In this document: piece by piece, positions 13,415-25,499 of the stretch
How the letters are laid out: each line of letters starts with the position of its first letter
How positions within the stretch are numbered: position 1 is the first letter of the stretch
Origin: Leucoraja ocellata
Lineage: Eukaryota
Reading direction: 5' to 3'
Assembly: GCA_036785375.1 (NCBI GenBank)
Contig: JAWMAR010000040.1
Coordinates: 7,626,001 to 7,690,000, forward strand
DNA length: 64,000 bases
Notes under the pieces: model-generated
Database searches by the model: none
What the model saw: the letters and a program-made list of their open reading frames with translations, nothing else
What the model was told of the DNA's origin: nothing
Program-made: the position numbers and the translations under genes

Positions 13415-13860
13415 TTTAGCTTGGAAATGCAATGTGAAAACAGGCCTTTCGGTCCACCAAGTCCACGCCGACCAACAACCTATACACTAGTTCTATCCTA
13501 CACACTCGGGACAATTTACAGAAACCAATGAACCCTACAAACCTGCATGTCATTGGAGTTGATTATGCTCTCATAAAACCTTTTAGAATGTTTTAGTTTA
13601 GTTTAATTTAGAGATAGGCCCTTCTGCCTACTGAGTCCAGGCCGACCATCTATCACCGATTCACATTACACTCCCTGCACACTTTGGGCAATTTACAGAG
13701 GGCCAGTTAATCTACAAAGCCATGTGCCTTTGCGATGTAGGAGCAAACCAGAGCACCTGGAGGAAAGCATGCAAACTCCACACAAACAGCACCCGAGTCA
13801 GGATTGAACCTGTGTCTTTGGCGCTGTGGGGCGGCAGCTTTACCAGTTGTGTCACTGTCT
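13415..13860 (-). mobile_element. Two adjacent V-SINE (HE1-like) copies
   Basis: Two reverse-strand tails (ggccttcggtccaccaagtcc-like). tRNA head near 13790-13860 (ggttcaatcctgactcgggtgctg on the minus strand). Confidence 0.75.
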
Positions 13861-15674
13861 CTTTCCCCTCCAGACCCTTCTCTGTTCCCTCCTGGTGTTT
13901 TATTACATTAAAGCTACATATAAACATTAAAATATTTATCTCACATCATTTCAAAGTGCATCCTTAACTACAGGAAATATCTGTGATCTGATCATGCAGT
14001 CACTAATTGCTCAATTACGTAACATTAGCAGGAACATTTTGTTATTTGTAACATCATTCATTTAATCTTCTTGCAAAATATATAATATTTCGAGTTTGAT
14101 TAATCAAAATAAATGTTTTCTTTGGAAGTATCTGACACAGTGGTTCTCTCAATTTAACAGAGAATCTGGGGTAAAATCATAAGGCTGCAAAATAGAGCAT
14201 ATACTGCTGATATTTGGGTTATCAGAGCCATGGCAGAGTGTTTTTATTTTACGTCAGGCACTGCTGTTCCTGACAATGTGGAGCTAAGTATGTAAATTGC
14301 ATACCAGAGGTTGATAACATTTCAATTTCCCATCAAAGAAATTCACCAAAATTATAAACTAACTTGAATTCATTGGGTTAAGTAAAGAATTTTGTTAAGA
14401 TAAAATGAGTTTTTAGTAAGCATTCCTTGCTGGAGGCTGAAGTCTCACTATGGGTTCAACGCCTAGATTAATCACATGGTTTTCATAAATTTGAAATAAA
14501 ACAAATTCATTTTAGGGTCAATAATACCATAGCTCCATGGAAACTACACATGATTATTTTAGATTTGACCAGCCAAGGGTGACTAATTCTTCTGGTGTTA
14601 GGTTCCCGCATTTATTGTAGTTTTAAGAAGAAGGCAGAAGTTTTAATAATATTTGTTCTGCTGACAGAATTGTTCTTAACATTATTCATTAATCTAATAT
14701 TACCTGTCATAACCTGAGATCGAAAAACAATACATAAGTACTTGGAGTGGGTTCACTGGTCATTTCAGAAACTGGCAAATGAGCAAACTCTTTGAAGGAT
14801 GTACTCACAGATTTGACAATCCTGCAGTTACAGATTCCTTGCTCAGTAATAATTGCCCCTGAAATCCACCATATGATGAATGTTATGATTTGTCAGTTTT
14901 GAACATAGATTGCCAAAAACACGATGCTTTTGTTCCAAAGTGCTGGGCGTGACAGAGGCAATAGAAGCTCAGGAAACGATGAGAGATAGAAAAATTAGCT
15001 AGAAAATGGATTGAGGACAGTGAATCGTTGGCAGCAGATAATTTTGCATTCGACGAGTTGAAGATTTTCAGTTGTCTGAAAACAGCAGTTTAAAGCCTGC
15101 ATGGTTTATTCCACCACTAAATCTTAAAGGTGGGTTATAAACCTTGCTGTTAGAACAAATGAATTGACAGATTTTGTTACTCGGATATCATAATTCAGTA
15201 TTGGTATTGGTTTATTATTGTCATGTGTACTACGATACAGAGAAAAAAATGTATTTGCATGCTATCCAGTCAAATCATAGTATATATGAGTAGAATCTAA
15301 CCATGCAACTAGTAGTGCAAAGAAAAATCATATCAGAGTGGAGAATGTAGTGTTTTAGTGAGTTTTAAGGTAAGAGGGGAAAGATGTACAGAATAGGAAA
15401 CTGAGGGGCAACTATTACACTGAAACGGTGGTGGGTAATTGGAATAAGGTGCTAGTTGGTCCATAACACAGTGTCTTCACATTAAACAGAGACATTTATA
15501 ATGGTATGGAGGAGGGATTGTCAAAGATGGACAGGTCATGATGGTAAACAAGTGAAGAGACAGGTTGGTGGATGAACAGTGGCAGATATTCAATTAGCTT
15601 TTCTATTAATGCTCACAAGAGCTCATCCCAACCTAAAAGAGTAATTTGACACAAAAGAGGCACAGTTTGTGGTT

Positions 15675-16295
15675 AGATTCAGATTCAGATTCAGATTCAA
15701 CTTTAATTGTCATTGTAAGTGTACAGTACAGAGACAACGAAATGCAGTTAGCATCTCCCTGGAAGAGCGACATAAAATATGATTTCAATAAATAAATCTA
15801 TTTACATGCATACAGTCATAGTGTTTTTCCTGTGGGAGGAGTGTCCGGGGGAGGGGGGGGGGGGGTGATTGGCAGTCACCAAGGTACATTGTTGAGTAGT
15901 GTAACAGCCGCAGGGAAGAAGCTGTTCCTGGACCTGCTGGTTCGGCAACGGAGAGACCTGTAGCGCCTCCCAGATGGTAGGAGGGTAAACTGTCCATGGT
16001 TGGGGTGAGAGCAGTCCTTGGCGATGCTGAGCGCCCTTCGCAGACAACTCTTGCTTTGGACAGACTCAATGGAGGGGAGCGAGGAACCGGTCATGCGTTG
16101 GGCAATTTTCACCACCCTCTGCAGTGCTTTCCGGTCGGAGACAGAGCAGTTGCCATACCATACTGTGATACAGTTGGTAAGGATGCTCTCGATGGTGCAG
16201 CGGTAGAAGTTCACCAGAATCTGAGGAGACAGATGGACCTTCTTCAGTCTCCTCAGGAAGAAGAGACGCTGGTGAGCCTTCTTGACCAGAGTTGA
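15675..16295 (-). mobile_element. Young Rex1/Babar LINE 3' fragment
   Basis: ORF 15876-16304(-) reads LVKKAHQRLFFLRRLKK...FYRCTIESILTNCITVWYG...LPSGRRYRS. 3' tail is gacaattaaa+(gaatct)n, with ggtta repeated at both junctions. Confidence 0.9.
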
Positions 16296-17164
16296 GGTTA
16301 TCAAAGGATGTAATGTTAAATTGAAAAACAGGTATACAAAATGGCAAGAGGACTAATAAGATTTTAATAATCCAGCAGCAGAAGACTAAAATGTTCAAAA
16401 GAAGGGAGAAAATACATTTTGAGGGAAGCTTGCATGGACTATAAAAGCAAACAATAAAAGCTTATTTAGGTACATATATAAAGGAAGTGGGCAGCTAAGA
16501 TAAATGTCGGGTATCTAGAGAATGCAGCTGGTGAATTAATGGCAACAAACAAAGAAATTGCAGATATGTTCAATAAACCTTTTACATCAGTCTTTACCAG
16601 ACACATGCCTCTAAGATACAAATAACATGGTAGTTTTGTTCAAAGAATAAAAATTCCAATTGCATTGGATACAGTATTAGAACAACTCAGGAGGATAAAG
16701 GTGGACAAGTTACCAGGACTCAAGGTCACTCGAGATTTAAAGGAAGTGGCTGCAGAGAATGTGGACCCTTTCGTTGAAACTTTTCAAGCCTCACTAAACT
16801 CTGGGAGGTTTACCAGAAGATTGGAAAACAGCCAATGTGATTCACTTGTTCAAAAAAGGAGAAAGGCAGAAGGCAAGGAACTACAGACCAGTTAGTTTTA
16901 CAGCTATTATTGGCAAGATGCTCAAGTCAATGAACAAAGAGGAAATAACTAATCATTTAAGAAAGCTGGATCCCATTAAACTTAGTCAACATTTTTTTTT
17001 GAAAGGTAATCATGTTTCACAAATGTGCCTGAATTCTTTGAGGTTGTAACAGGGAAAGTTGATAGTGGGGAACGTATAGATGTAGTATATTTAGATTTCC
17101 CAAAGACATTTGGTGCGGTGTCACATAGGAGGCTGCTACACAAATGAAAAGCCACGAGAAAAGC

Positions 17165-17545
17165 CACCCTTGTAATGGACTGTTCGAACTACTTCCCTCC
17201 GGCAGGCGTTACAAGGCCTTCTACACCCGAACCTCCAGACTCAGGAACAGCTTCATTCCCAGAGCTATAGTGGCTCTGAACCGGCCCTGCTGAGTGCCCC
17301 CCCCACACCCCCTGGACTGTCTCCCTCGGATGGTCACGTCGCACAGACACATCTGCACTTTAGTCTGTTTGAACTGTTGACTATTTTACTGTTCTTTTAT
17401 AAACCATGTTCTCGGGGTATCTAAATCTAAATTGTATTACTTATTTATGTTATGACATCGGATGGAAGCTGCATACCAAATCTCGTTGCACTTATATGCA
17501 ATGACAATAAAAGATATTAATATTATTATTATTATTATTATTATT
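17165..17545 (+). mobile_element. Rex1/Babar 3' end
   Basis: HP.NGLFELLPSGRRYKAF..RTSRLRNSFIP, then a 3' UTR ending gacaataaa+(att)n. Confidence 0.85.
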
Positions 17546-17727
17546 GAAAGTGTGACAACATGGATTAAAAACTGACTGTCTCATAGAAAACAGTTGTAAT
17601 AAATCTGTCCTTTACAAACTAGAAGGAGGTAACCAGTGGAATAATGTCAGATCAGACCTTAGCTGTCAATTGTTCACTATTTGCATTGCTAACATGGAGG
17701 ATGGAGCAGTATATAAGGTTCATGACC

Positions 17728-18004
17728 GATGGTGGTGTCCTTGGTTTTGCTCCGGTGGTGGCAATTTTCTTGTAATTTATACTATGTTAACACGTTAATA
17801 ATAACATTAATATTAACGTGTCAACATAGAAAACGTCATTGTAATCACGGTACAACTAGAGAAAATAGCACAACCTTTTGGCAAAACGGCAAAAAAGGCC
17901 GATTTAGGCTCTTGATCGTGAAAAAGGCATTATCTTAGTGAAATCATCAAAAAAGGCATGAAAAGGCACATGGTATTTATGGCAAAATCCTGACTCTACT
18001 CATC
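17728..18004. mobile_element. Possible MITE with imperfect terminal inverted repeats
   Basis: Start gatggtggtgtccttggttttgc resembles the reverse complement of the end (gatgagtagagtcaggattttgc). Internal aaaaggc/ggcaaaa repeats. Confidence 0.35.
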
Positions 18005-18126
18005 ATTTGTCCAGTTTCCTTTTTCAATTCTATTTTAAAGATTGATGTAATTTCAAAACGTTTTTTGAACACCCTTGTAAACTGGTTTTATCATATTCAA
18101 AATTTGTGCATATACCTTTAATGTAC

Positions 18127-18159
18127 GTCTGAAGAAGGGTTTCGGCCCGAAACGTTGCC
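18127..18159 (+). ncRNA. Minimal type I hammerhead ribozyme motif
   Basis: CUGAAGA core, stem II GGGU/GCCC capped by UUCG, GAAA, palindromic ACGU helix III, GUU triplet. Confidence 0.7.
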
Positions 18160-18222
18160 TATTTCCTTCGCTCCATAGATGCTGCTGCACCCGCTGAGTT
18201 TCTCCAGCTTTCTTGTGTAACC
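18127..18222 (+). mobile_element. Penelope-derived hammerhead mini-element (96 bp) with 14-bp TSD
   Basis: TSD tacctttaatgtac at 18113-18126 and 18223-18236. The element starts exactly at gtctgaagaagggtttcggcccgaaacgttgcc. Confidence 0.9.
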
Positions 18223-18379
18223 TACCTTTAATGTACCATGTGTTCCTACATTGTCGAGAAATAGTTTAATCTAGAAAGTGTATCCATTTCACTAGGCTGT
18301 TAAAGCCCTGCGCTGTCCTCCTTACTCCTTCAACTTTCTTGAGTGTTATGTCATCTACAAACTTTGAAATTAAGCTTGA

Positions 18380-18530
18380 TAATGGCACAATGGTGCAGAA
18401 AATGATGCTGTTACCTCAAAGCTCCAGGGACCCAGGTTTAATCTTTAAATCAAGTGCTGTCAGTGTGAAGTTTGCACTGTGATTGTTTGGTTTACCCCAG
18501 GACCTTCAGTTTTCTCCACACCCCAAAAAA
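18380..18530 (+). mobile_element. Decayed V-SINE 5' part
   Basis: ggcacaatggtgcag...gctccagggacccaggtttaatc tRNA-like head and V-domain remnant. Confidence 0.65.
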
Positions 18531-19599
18531 CAAACTGATGAATTTGCTGCACAAGAGACTACAGAGGCTGGAATCTGGGGCAACAAAAGAACTGGTGGAG
18601 GAACTCAGCGGGTGAGATAATTATATTCAGTGCAAAAGAGTTACGAGATTTTAATAGTTAGACGAATCTTGGCACTGGCTTTCCAATGTTTTTATGTATC
18701 TCTGAAAGAAAACACTTTAATTATGTCTGAACATTTCATTCTGATATGTCTATGTAGTTGTTTTAATGGCAATCAAATCAGTGAGGATGGCCCAGGTCAG
18801 CACAACACATGTACCCAGAAGACAGGGGATTTCAATGGAGCTGACAAAATAAATATTATACAATAAACACATTGTTCTCTATTTTTATGTTGCAAACATG
18901 TCATTGACTCCACACAACAACCCTTGTGTTATAGATGCAGAAACTGCCTTGGCAGAATTCACAAATCACTGCCCAAAAATGTGCGATATGGAATAAAATT
19001 TGCTGTCACAGAATTTATGTGAAAAAAAACATTTTTTTTAAACTCGTGTTTTAAACATGAGCTTATGCTTAGCTTCATTCACAGTGAATGACAAAACATA
19101 CTCAAGGTGCAAAACAAATATCCCCGTTTCTGTTGTCCATGGACCACTGTGCCTAATTTTAGTTGCACTCATCCACTATCCAAACATTTTTCTTGTATAC
19201 CTCTCATAGCGATAAAAGACCTTCATCCATCTTGTGGACCATGAACAAACTAAGACATATTAAGGTCATAAAGAATAGGAGTAGAATTAGGCCATTTGGT
19301 CCATCACATCTACTCCACCATTCAATCATTGATCTCTCCCTCCTAATCCCATTCTCCTGCCTTCTCCCCATAACCTCTGGCACCTGTGCTAATCAAAATT
19401 ACTGCTATTATTTGTATGGGTAACCCCTGGCATCCCCTCCTAACTGGAAACATGTGAGAAGGTGAACTCAGTGATGTTTGTTTTTACGATTGTGAAGCGA
19501 CCTGATTAATTCGAGCAAAGCTGTGGGTGAGTTGGTACCATCATTTCACCTCACCCATAATATTAAACACCTGTGGAGGCAGCGTTCTTATATTGCACT

Positions 19600-20760
19600 T
19601 ATTGCAAACTGGCTGAGGGCAGCTGTAAGTAATGCAAACAATCAGCTGCTGATTCTACAACACCTGTAGGTGTCTAAAGTGCACTATTGGTTACACGTAT
19701 CTTCAGCATAGTGATGTGTTCTGAGTTATCACGTCGTCAATGTTAACTGTTCAGTAAAGTTGGAGAGGAACAGTGGATTTGTAAGAGAAATTTCATTTAC
19801 TGCGGTAGAGATAGAATGGACTCTCTTTATTCGCCACCCCACACACACCCCCATTGCCTGAAGCGTCGCGGTGTAAAGCAATGCTTGTCGGAATTACGAG
19901 GTGATGAACGGCTTTTAAAAAAAAAAAATAACATAACTGGGGGCCAGCTCATTCGAGTGATATAAAATGGTAATTTTGAGTGAAGTTGGCGGCTTTGACA
20001 AATATTGCTACTAAACTATATGGTCTACGTCGTGTTTTCGTAGCGGTCAAAGACTATAATGTCGAATGTTTACTTTCTAGGTTTTAATGATATTTCCTGG
20101 ATTCTCCCATCCGTGACCTTTTAGGGGGGAAGTGACCACTTAACGTGTCTGGGAATTTCAAGGTAAGTGACGCTCGTTTATTGATCTGTTAATGATCTGT
20201 TCACAACGATTCGCACTCGTTGCACGCGTATTAAACTAGGCTTATCATATGTTTCCGAGGCTGTAACTTGCATAAGCCATTCTTTAAAAAAAAAATAAAC
20301 CAACGATTTAGCTGGTGAAGGCCAACCAACACTGATGAATCGTATTTACTTTGTCCCCTGGAAGGTTGTCAAATCTTTTTAAACATGTGTCATGCGTTAA
20401 GATGAATGAAATGTTCTTCTGTGGTGTCATATTTGGAACCCAATCCCGACCGTCTGCGGTAACATCGGTGGCTTTATATTCACCCATTTAATTCTGTTCA
20501 CGTCTTCCAGAGATGGATGCGTCATTCCAACACTTTGTTTTATGAAAATATATAAACTAGTACCTCTGGTTCCTGTCTCTAGTTTTATTTCATGCCTTAC
20601 TGAAATTAAGGAATGTAAGATTATATGTTTGTCGAAGATATGAGTGAAAGTGCGGATTCAAGCGCGGTTGTCTAGTGAGTGCCTCTTCCAGTATCTGTAG
20701 TGACTTAAACGCTGAAGACTGGAATACGAGCAGATCGGTTTACGATAGTACTAATAATAA
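19600..20760 (+). promoter_or_regulatory. CpG-enriched unique region, candidate promoter/5' end of a + strand transcript
   Basis: Visibly more CpG than the flanks and repeat-free. Contains reverse CCAAT (attgg about 19686), E-boxes, a donor-like tt|gtaaga at 19781 and a clean exon at 20081-20162. Confidence 0.5.
20081..20162 (+). other. Candidate 82-nt non-coding (5'UTR/lncRNA) exon
   Basis: Acceptor tgtttactttctag| and consensus donor aag|gtaagt. Contains a short uORF (MIFPGFSHP*). Confidence 0.55.
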
Positions 20761-20844
20761 CTAGACTGTGTGGCTAGCCATAAGTTCATTCGCACCAGCC
20801 AGGATTTTGGCGGGGAAGCACTTTAAGCTAGCTTCCCAGTTCAT

Positions 20845-21030
20845 TACATAGAAACACTGAAAAATTGGTGCAGGAGTAGGCCATTCGGCCCTACGAGCCA
20901 GCACCGCCATTCAATATGATCATGGCTGCTTTTTCCCCATATCCCTTGATTCCTTTAACCCTAAGAGCTAAACCTAACACTCTCTTGAAAACATCCAGTG
21001 AATTGGCTTCCAGTGCCTTCTGTGGCAGAA
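20845..21030 (-). mobile_element. CR1/HE1 3' tail fragment
   Basis: catagaaac...ggtgcaggagtaggccattcggccc is the reverse complement of the CR1 3' UTR at 58765-58860. Confidence 0.8.
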
Positions 21031-22669
21031 ATGGGGCGCTCTTACTGCCCACCAATAAATGAGTAGGGACTGTTTACCTGTACCATCAAGTCTTGGTATC
21101 CCCATGTTTTATCAAAGATCTGTGCAAAGATGCTCAGAATAATTCCATGTGCCTGACTTCAGTGTTATGTCAGAACATCACAAAAATATCCTGGTGCTGC
21201 TGTGGGGTAAACTGGCAGCAGGCGGGTAAATGCAATCCAAGAGAAATCTTTATAAAAAAAAAAAAAAAAAAGATTCAAGCTGACATGCTTATGAACAGAT
21301 TTCCGTTTTGCATCTTCCATCTCTCTACCACCTGCCACGTTGCCTTGAATAGCCTTAAAGCATTGAACAAAATATAAAGAGACTCAGTGAGCATAGGAGA
21401 TGTTCTCCATCTGCTGATCCTGTCTTTCTCTTATCTCTTGCTCTTTTCAGTACCTTTGCTATCAAGGCAAGATCGTTGTGCAAAGTGCTAATGAGACTGC
21501 CAGAGACCTAAGCATGTTTGCTTTACTGAGTTTGTTTTCTTTTAAATCTACACAATTTCACCAGGCTGTGGGGCAAACCAGATTTTTGGAACAGTAAAAC
21601 TTGACATAACTCCAAAAAGACTATGCAACATCTGCAGGGAAAGGGAAAAGAGTGCTAATCATCCAGGGTTGTTAATCTTCGTAAGAGCCCAGAGGACTGC
21701 AATATTCCCAGATGGAAAATGATGGACCAAAATTTCCTTTCAGGTGAAGCAAAATTAATTTGCACATTGGTGATTGATTTCTGTGTTCATGATACAGATT
21801 CCAAGGTGACTCTAAACTACAGATACTCATCACTTCTCCATCTACTCCCACTGGTCTCTAGCTTCCTAAATCACTTCCATGATATGAAATTCAAACTCTG
21901 CACAGAGCCCCTCCTTCCATCTGGGCAAGTTGCACCCTTCATACATGGGGAAATGGGCCTTTTGGGTCAATTCCTCCATGCTGACCAAGATACTCCATCT
22001 AAACTAATACCATATCCCTCCATCTTTCCTATCCATGTACCTGCCCAAATATCTTTTAAATGATGTTATACCTGCCCAATTGCTTCCTCTGACAGCCTGT
22101 TCCATATACCCATCTGTGTGAAATGTTTGCTCCTTGGATTCCTATTAAATATTTCCCCCCACATTAAACCAATACTCTCTAGATCTTGATTTTCCCCTAA
22201 ACCGAGGGGTGAGAAAGGATGAATGCACATAGTCGATCTATTCCCCTCATGATTTTGTACACTTCTAAGTTCACTGCTCCATCTCCAGTGCTCCAATGAA
22301 GAATCTCACCCTTTGGCTCGGGACCTCTAGTCTTGGCAACACCCTTGTAAATCTTCTTCACACGCTTTCCAGCTTAATGGTATCTTTTCTATGGCCAGGT
22401 GACCAAAACTGAACCCAATACTCTCAAGTGTGGACTTGCCAGCACCTTGTATAATTGTAACTTGTTAGCTGCTGTGACTGTCCTACCTGCCATTTCAGGG
22501 AACAATGCACTTTACTAGTAGATCCTTCTGTTTTACAACACTCCCCAGGGCCCTGCTGTTCACTGTGACAATCCTATTCGATGTCCCAAAATGCAACGGT
22601 TCTCAAGTATCTGAATTAATCTCCATTAGCCATTCCTCACCCCATGTCCTACTGATCAAGATACCACTG

Positions 22670-23395
22670 TTTCTAGATCTCACCGTCTCCATCACAGGAG
22701 ACAAACTATTGACCAACATCTATTACAAACCCACTGACTCCCATAGCTATCCAGACTACACTTCTTCCACCCTGCTTCCTGTAAAGGCTCTATCCCCTAC
22801 TCCCAATTCCTCTGTCTACCCCGCATCCCACTACTGGCCACATCTTCCCATCTCCACCCCTTTCTGCTTTCCACAGAGACTGTTCCCTCTGAAACTCCCT
22901 GGTCAACTCGTCCCTTCCCGTCCAAACCACTCCCTCCTCAGGTTCTTTCCCCTACAACTGCAGAAGATGCAACACCAGTCCCTTTACCTCCCCCCCCCCC
23001 CCCCCCCCCCTCCCCCCCCCCTCCCCCTCCCCCTCGACTCCATCCAAGGACCCCAACAGTCTTTTCAGGAGAGGCATAGGTTCACTTGCACCTCCTCCAA
23101 CCTCATCTACTGTATCTGCTGTTCCAGATGTCAACTCCTGTACATTGGCGAGACCAAGAGCAGGCTCGTCGATCGTTTCGCTGAACACCTCCGCTCAGTC
23201 TGCATTAACCTACCTGATCTCCCGGTTGCTCAGCACTTTAACTCCCCCTCCCATTCCCAATCTGATCTTTCTGTCCCGGGCTGCCTCCATTGTCAGAGTG
23301 AGGCCCAGCGCAAATTGGAGGAACAGTAACTCGTATTTCGCTTGGGTAGCTTACATCCCAGCAGTGTGAACATTGAGTTCTCTAACTTCAAATAG
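22670..23395 (+). mobile_element. Penelope-like element fragment (RT thumb plus GIY-YIG)
   Basis: FLDLTVSITGDKLLTNIYYKPTDSHSY and NLIYCICCSRCQLLYIGETKSRLVDRFAEHL..VAQHFNS in ORF 22505-23329. Confidence 0.88.
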
Positions 23396-24350
23396 CTCTT
23401 GCTATTTTTTATAATTATCTTCATTGCTTACAATGTCAGCAACTTGGTGACACCTGTAAACTTGCAAATCATGTCTTGTATATTCTCAGTTAAATTGTAG
23501 ATTATAGATGAAATGCAGTAATGAGCCCAGCACTCATCCCTGAGGCACGCCACTTGTCATAGCCCTCCAGTCAAAACATCTTCCACCACCACTTCATACC
23601 ATGAAACCAATTCTCTATCCAGTTAGCTAGCTCTCCTTGGATCATGCACGATGCAACCTTCCAAAGCAGCCTGGAATGCAGAACCTACCAGAGATCTTGC
23701 TAAAGTCCTTATCGACTATCTACAGCTGTGCTCTCCTCAACCACCTTGGTTTTTCAATGAGCTCAATCAAGCTTGAGACATGATCTCCCCCGCACAAAGC
23801 AATGCCGACTGCGCCTAATTCCTGACCCATGTCTCTTTTTTTTCTGATAAAAGCCTCCATTTCTCATCATTCGAGTTTCCTTACACCTACCTGCCTTGCC
23901 TTTCACTCTAACAGGAGCATACATACTTTGCACTCTCATTATTACATTTTCAATGCATCCCACTTTCCGACACCCTGTTCCAATCAACTTTCACGAGCTC
24001 CTGTCTAATACAATCAAAGTTGGCCTTCCCGCAATTCAGAACTTGTGGGCCAGGCCTATTCTTATCCACAACTATTTTAAGGTGAATAGAATTGTGGTTA
24101 CTTGTCCCGAAAGGCTTGCTCACTGACCCTTCAGTCACTTGCCCTGCCCAATTCCCAAAGAGACAGTCGCGTTTGGCCCTCTCCAAAAATTGCCTGCAAA
24201 GGTTTCCGTGACACATTCCACCTCATCTGAGCCCTTGGCACCATGGCAGTCCCAGTCTGTATTTGCAAAGTTAAAACCTGATCCTTTTAGTTTTTCAGCT
24301 GCCTGCAATCCTCTGGCATATTTGTTCCTCTAATTCCTGTCGAGTATTAA

Positions 24351-24764
24351 AGGGCCTGTCCCATGAGCATGAGACTCCATGCAGCAAGCGCGACCTAACG
24401 TGGTCGCTTGAGCCGTACGGCTCGCGGGGCCGGTCCCACTTCGATCGCCGGAGCCGTATGGAGTTGTGCGGAGCTGGTCCCGACATCGCGTGGGGCTCCG
24501 AAAAACTGACCGTGTTCAAAAATTCTGCACGGCAACGTCTTGCCGGCCCGCAGCCGCCTCAACGCCGTACGCACAGCCTCGACGCCGTACGTCATGCGCG
24601 AACTTCCCGCGGACTTCGCTCGAACTTCATGTCACTCACTCGACCTCCGCTCGGCCCCCGCTTCTGGTTTGGTCGTGCTTGCCGCATGCAGTCGCATGCT
24701 CGTGGTACAGGCCCTTTTAGGTCGCGATTTCCGCATGGATTCGCATGCTCGTGGGACACTCCCT
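24351..24764. mobile_element. PIF/Harbinger MITE with duplicated right end
   Basis: Left TIR agggcctgtcccatgagcatg. Right ends catgctcgtggtacaggccct (about 24715) and catgctcgtgggacactccct (24764). TAA/TTA flanks, GC-rich interior. Confidence 0.85.
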
Positions 24765-25014
24765 TTAGAGCCTATCGTAGAATCCTAACAAGGTGGCCAT
24801 CCCCATTTATTACTTGGCTCCACCTATATAACCTTATTGGATGATCTTTCACCAACTTCATCCTGGACTGCTGCTGTGATTTTCTTCTTAATCAGAGGAT
24901 GCAGGATGCTCATCATAAGAAAGTCAGAATAAGCATGCTGATGTGGACCTGAAGTGAATAGTATATAGGCACAGTTAAGGCAGATGGTGTGTGGGTTATG
25001 CTCTTGTTCGAGAT

Positions 25015-25480
25015 TTGTTCAATTGTACTTTATTGTCATGTATCAAGGTGCAGTGAAGTTCATTTTTGCATGTGGTTCAGTAAAGCTATTACTAAACAAT
25101 AATAGTATAAGGGCAATCATAGTTAAGTACAAGTGTATAGGAATAGTACACTGAGACAGTTTACAAGAGTTGCCATGTTTTGGCACCCTGTTTTCAAGAA
25201 TCAAGTCGAAAGTTGTTATAAATATAGAGTTCTTAAGTTGACCATAAATTAAGCTGCTGCAGGGCCTCTAGTGGCCCACTCCACCGATGCCTCGATCCAG
25301 GCACATTGACCTGCGAACCTCCGTTCCTTACCTCACCTGGCTACCATTCAGATTCCGTAGCCCGGGGGCATCTCCGGCAGCCAATCTTGTAGCACGCAAA
25401 GCATTTTTGAGGCTGCAGGAAGGTGAGACCCCAATCCGCTTACTGGCTCCATTGTATCTCTGTCTGCTGCCATCTTGAAT
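25015..25480 (-). mobile_element. Short non-autonomous retroposon with LINE-like 5' head and Rex1-type 3' tail
   Basis: Minus strand starts caagatggcagc (same as the Rex1 5' end at 53054) and ends catgacaataaagtacaattg. Confidence 0.55.
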
Positions 25481-25499
25481 TGTGAAGCAGAGCATAAAT

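Larger units (their letters stand above)
15490..17725 (+). mobile_element. Old CR1 ORF2 fragment split by two Rex1 insertions
   Basis: ARNYRPVSFTAIIGKML, DVVYLDF and FTSVFT motifs in shifted frames, interrupted at about 15675-16295 and 17165-17545. Confidence 0.8.
21940..24890 (-). mobile_element. Long decayed CR1 ORF2 interrupted by PLE and Harbinger insertions
   Basis: Minus-strand remnants of the endonuclease C-terminus (GTSNHNSIHLKI...KANFDCIRQEL), RT and 3' end. Confidence 0.75.

Noticed and set aside
22505-23329. 274-aa proline-rich ORF as a host gene
   Set aside because: Chimera of antisense CR1, Penelope RT/GIY-YIG fragments and a poly-C tract
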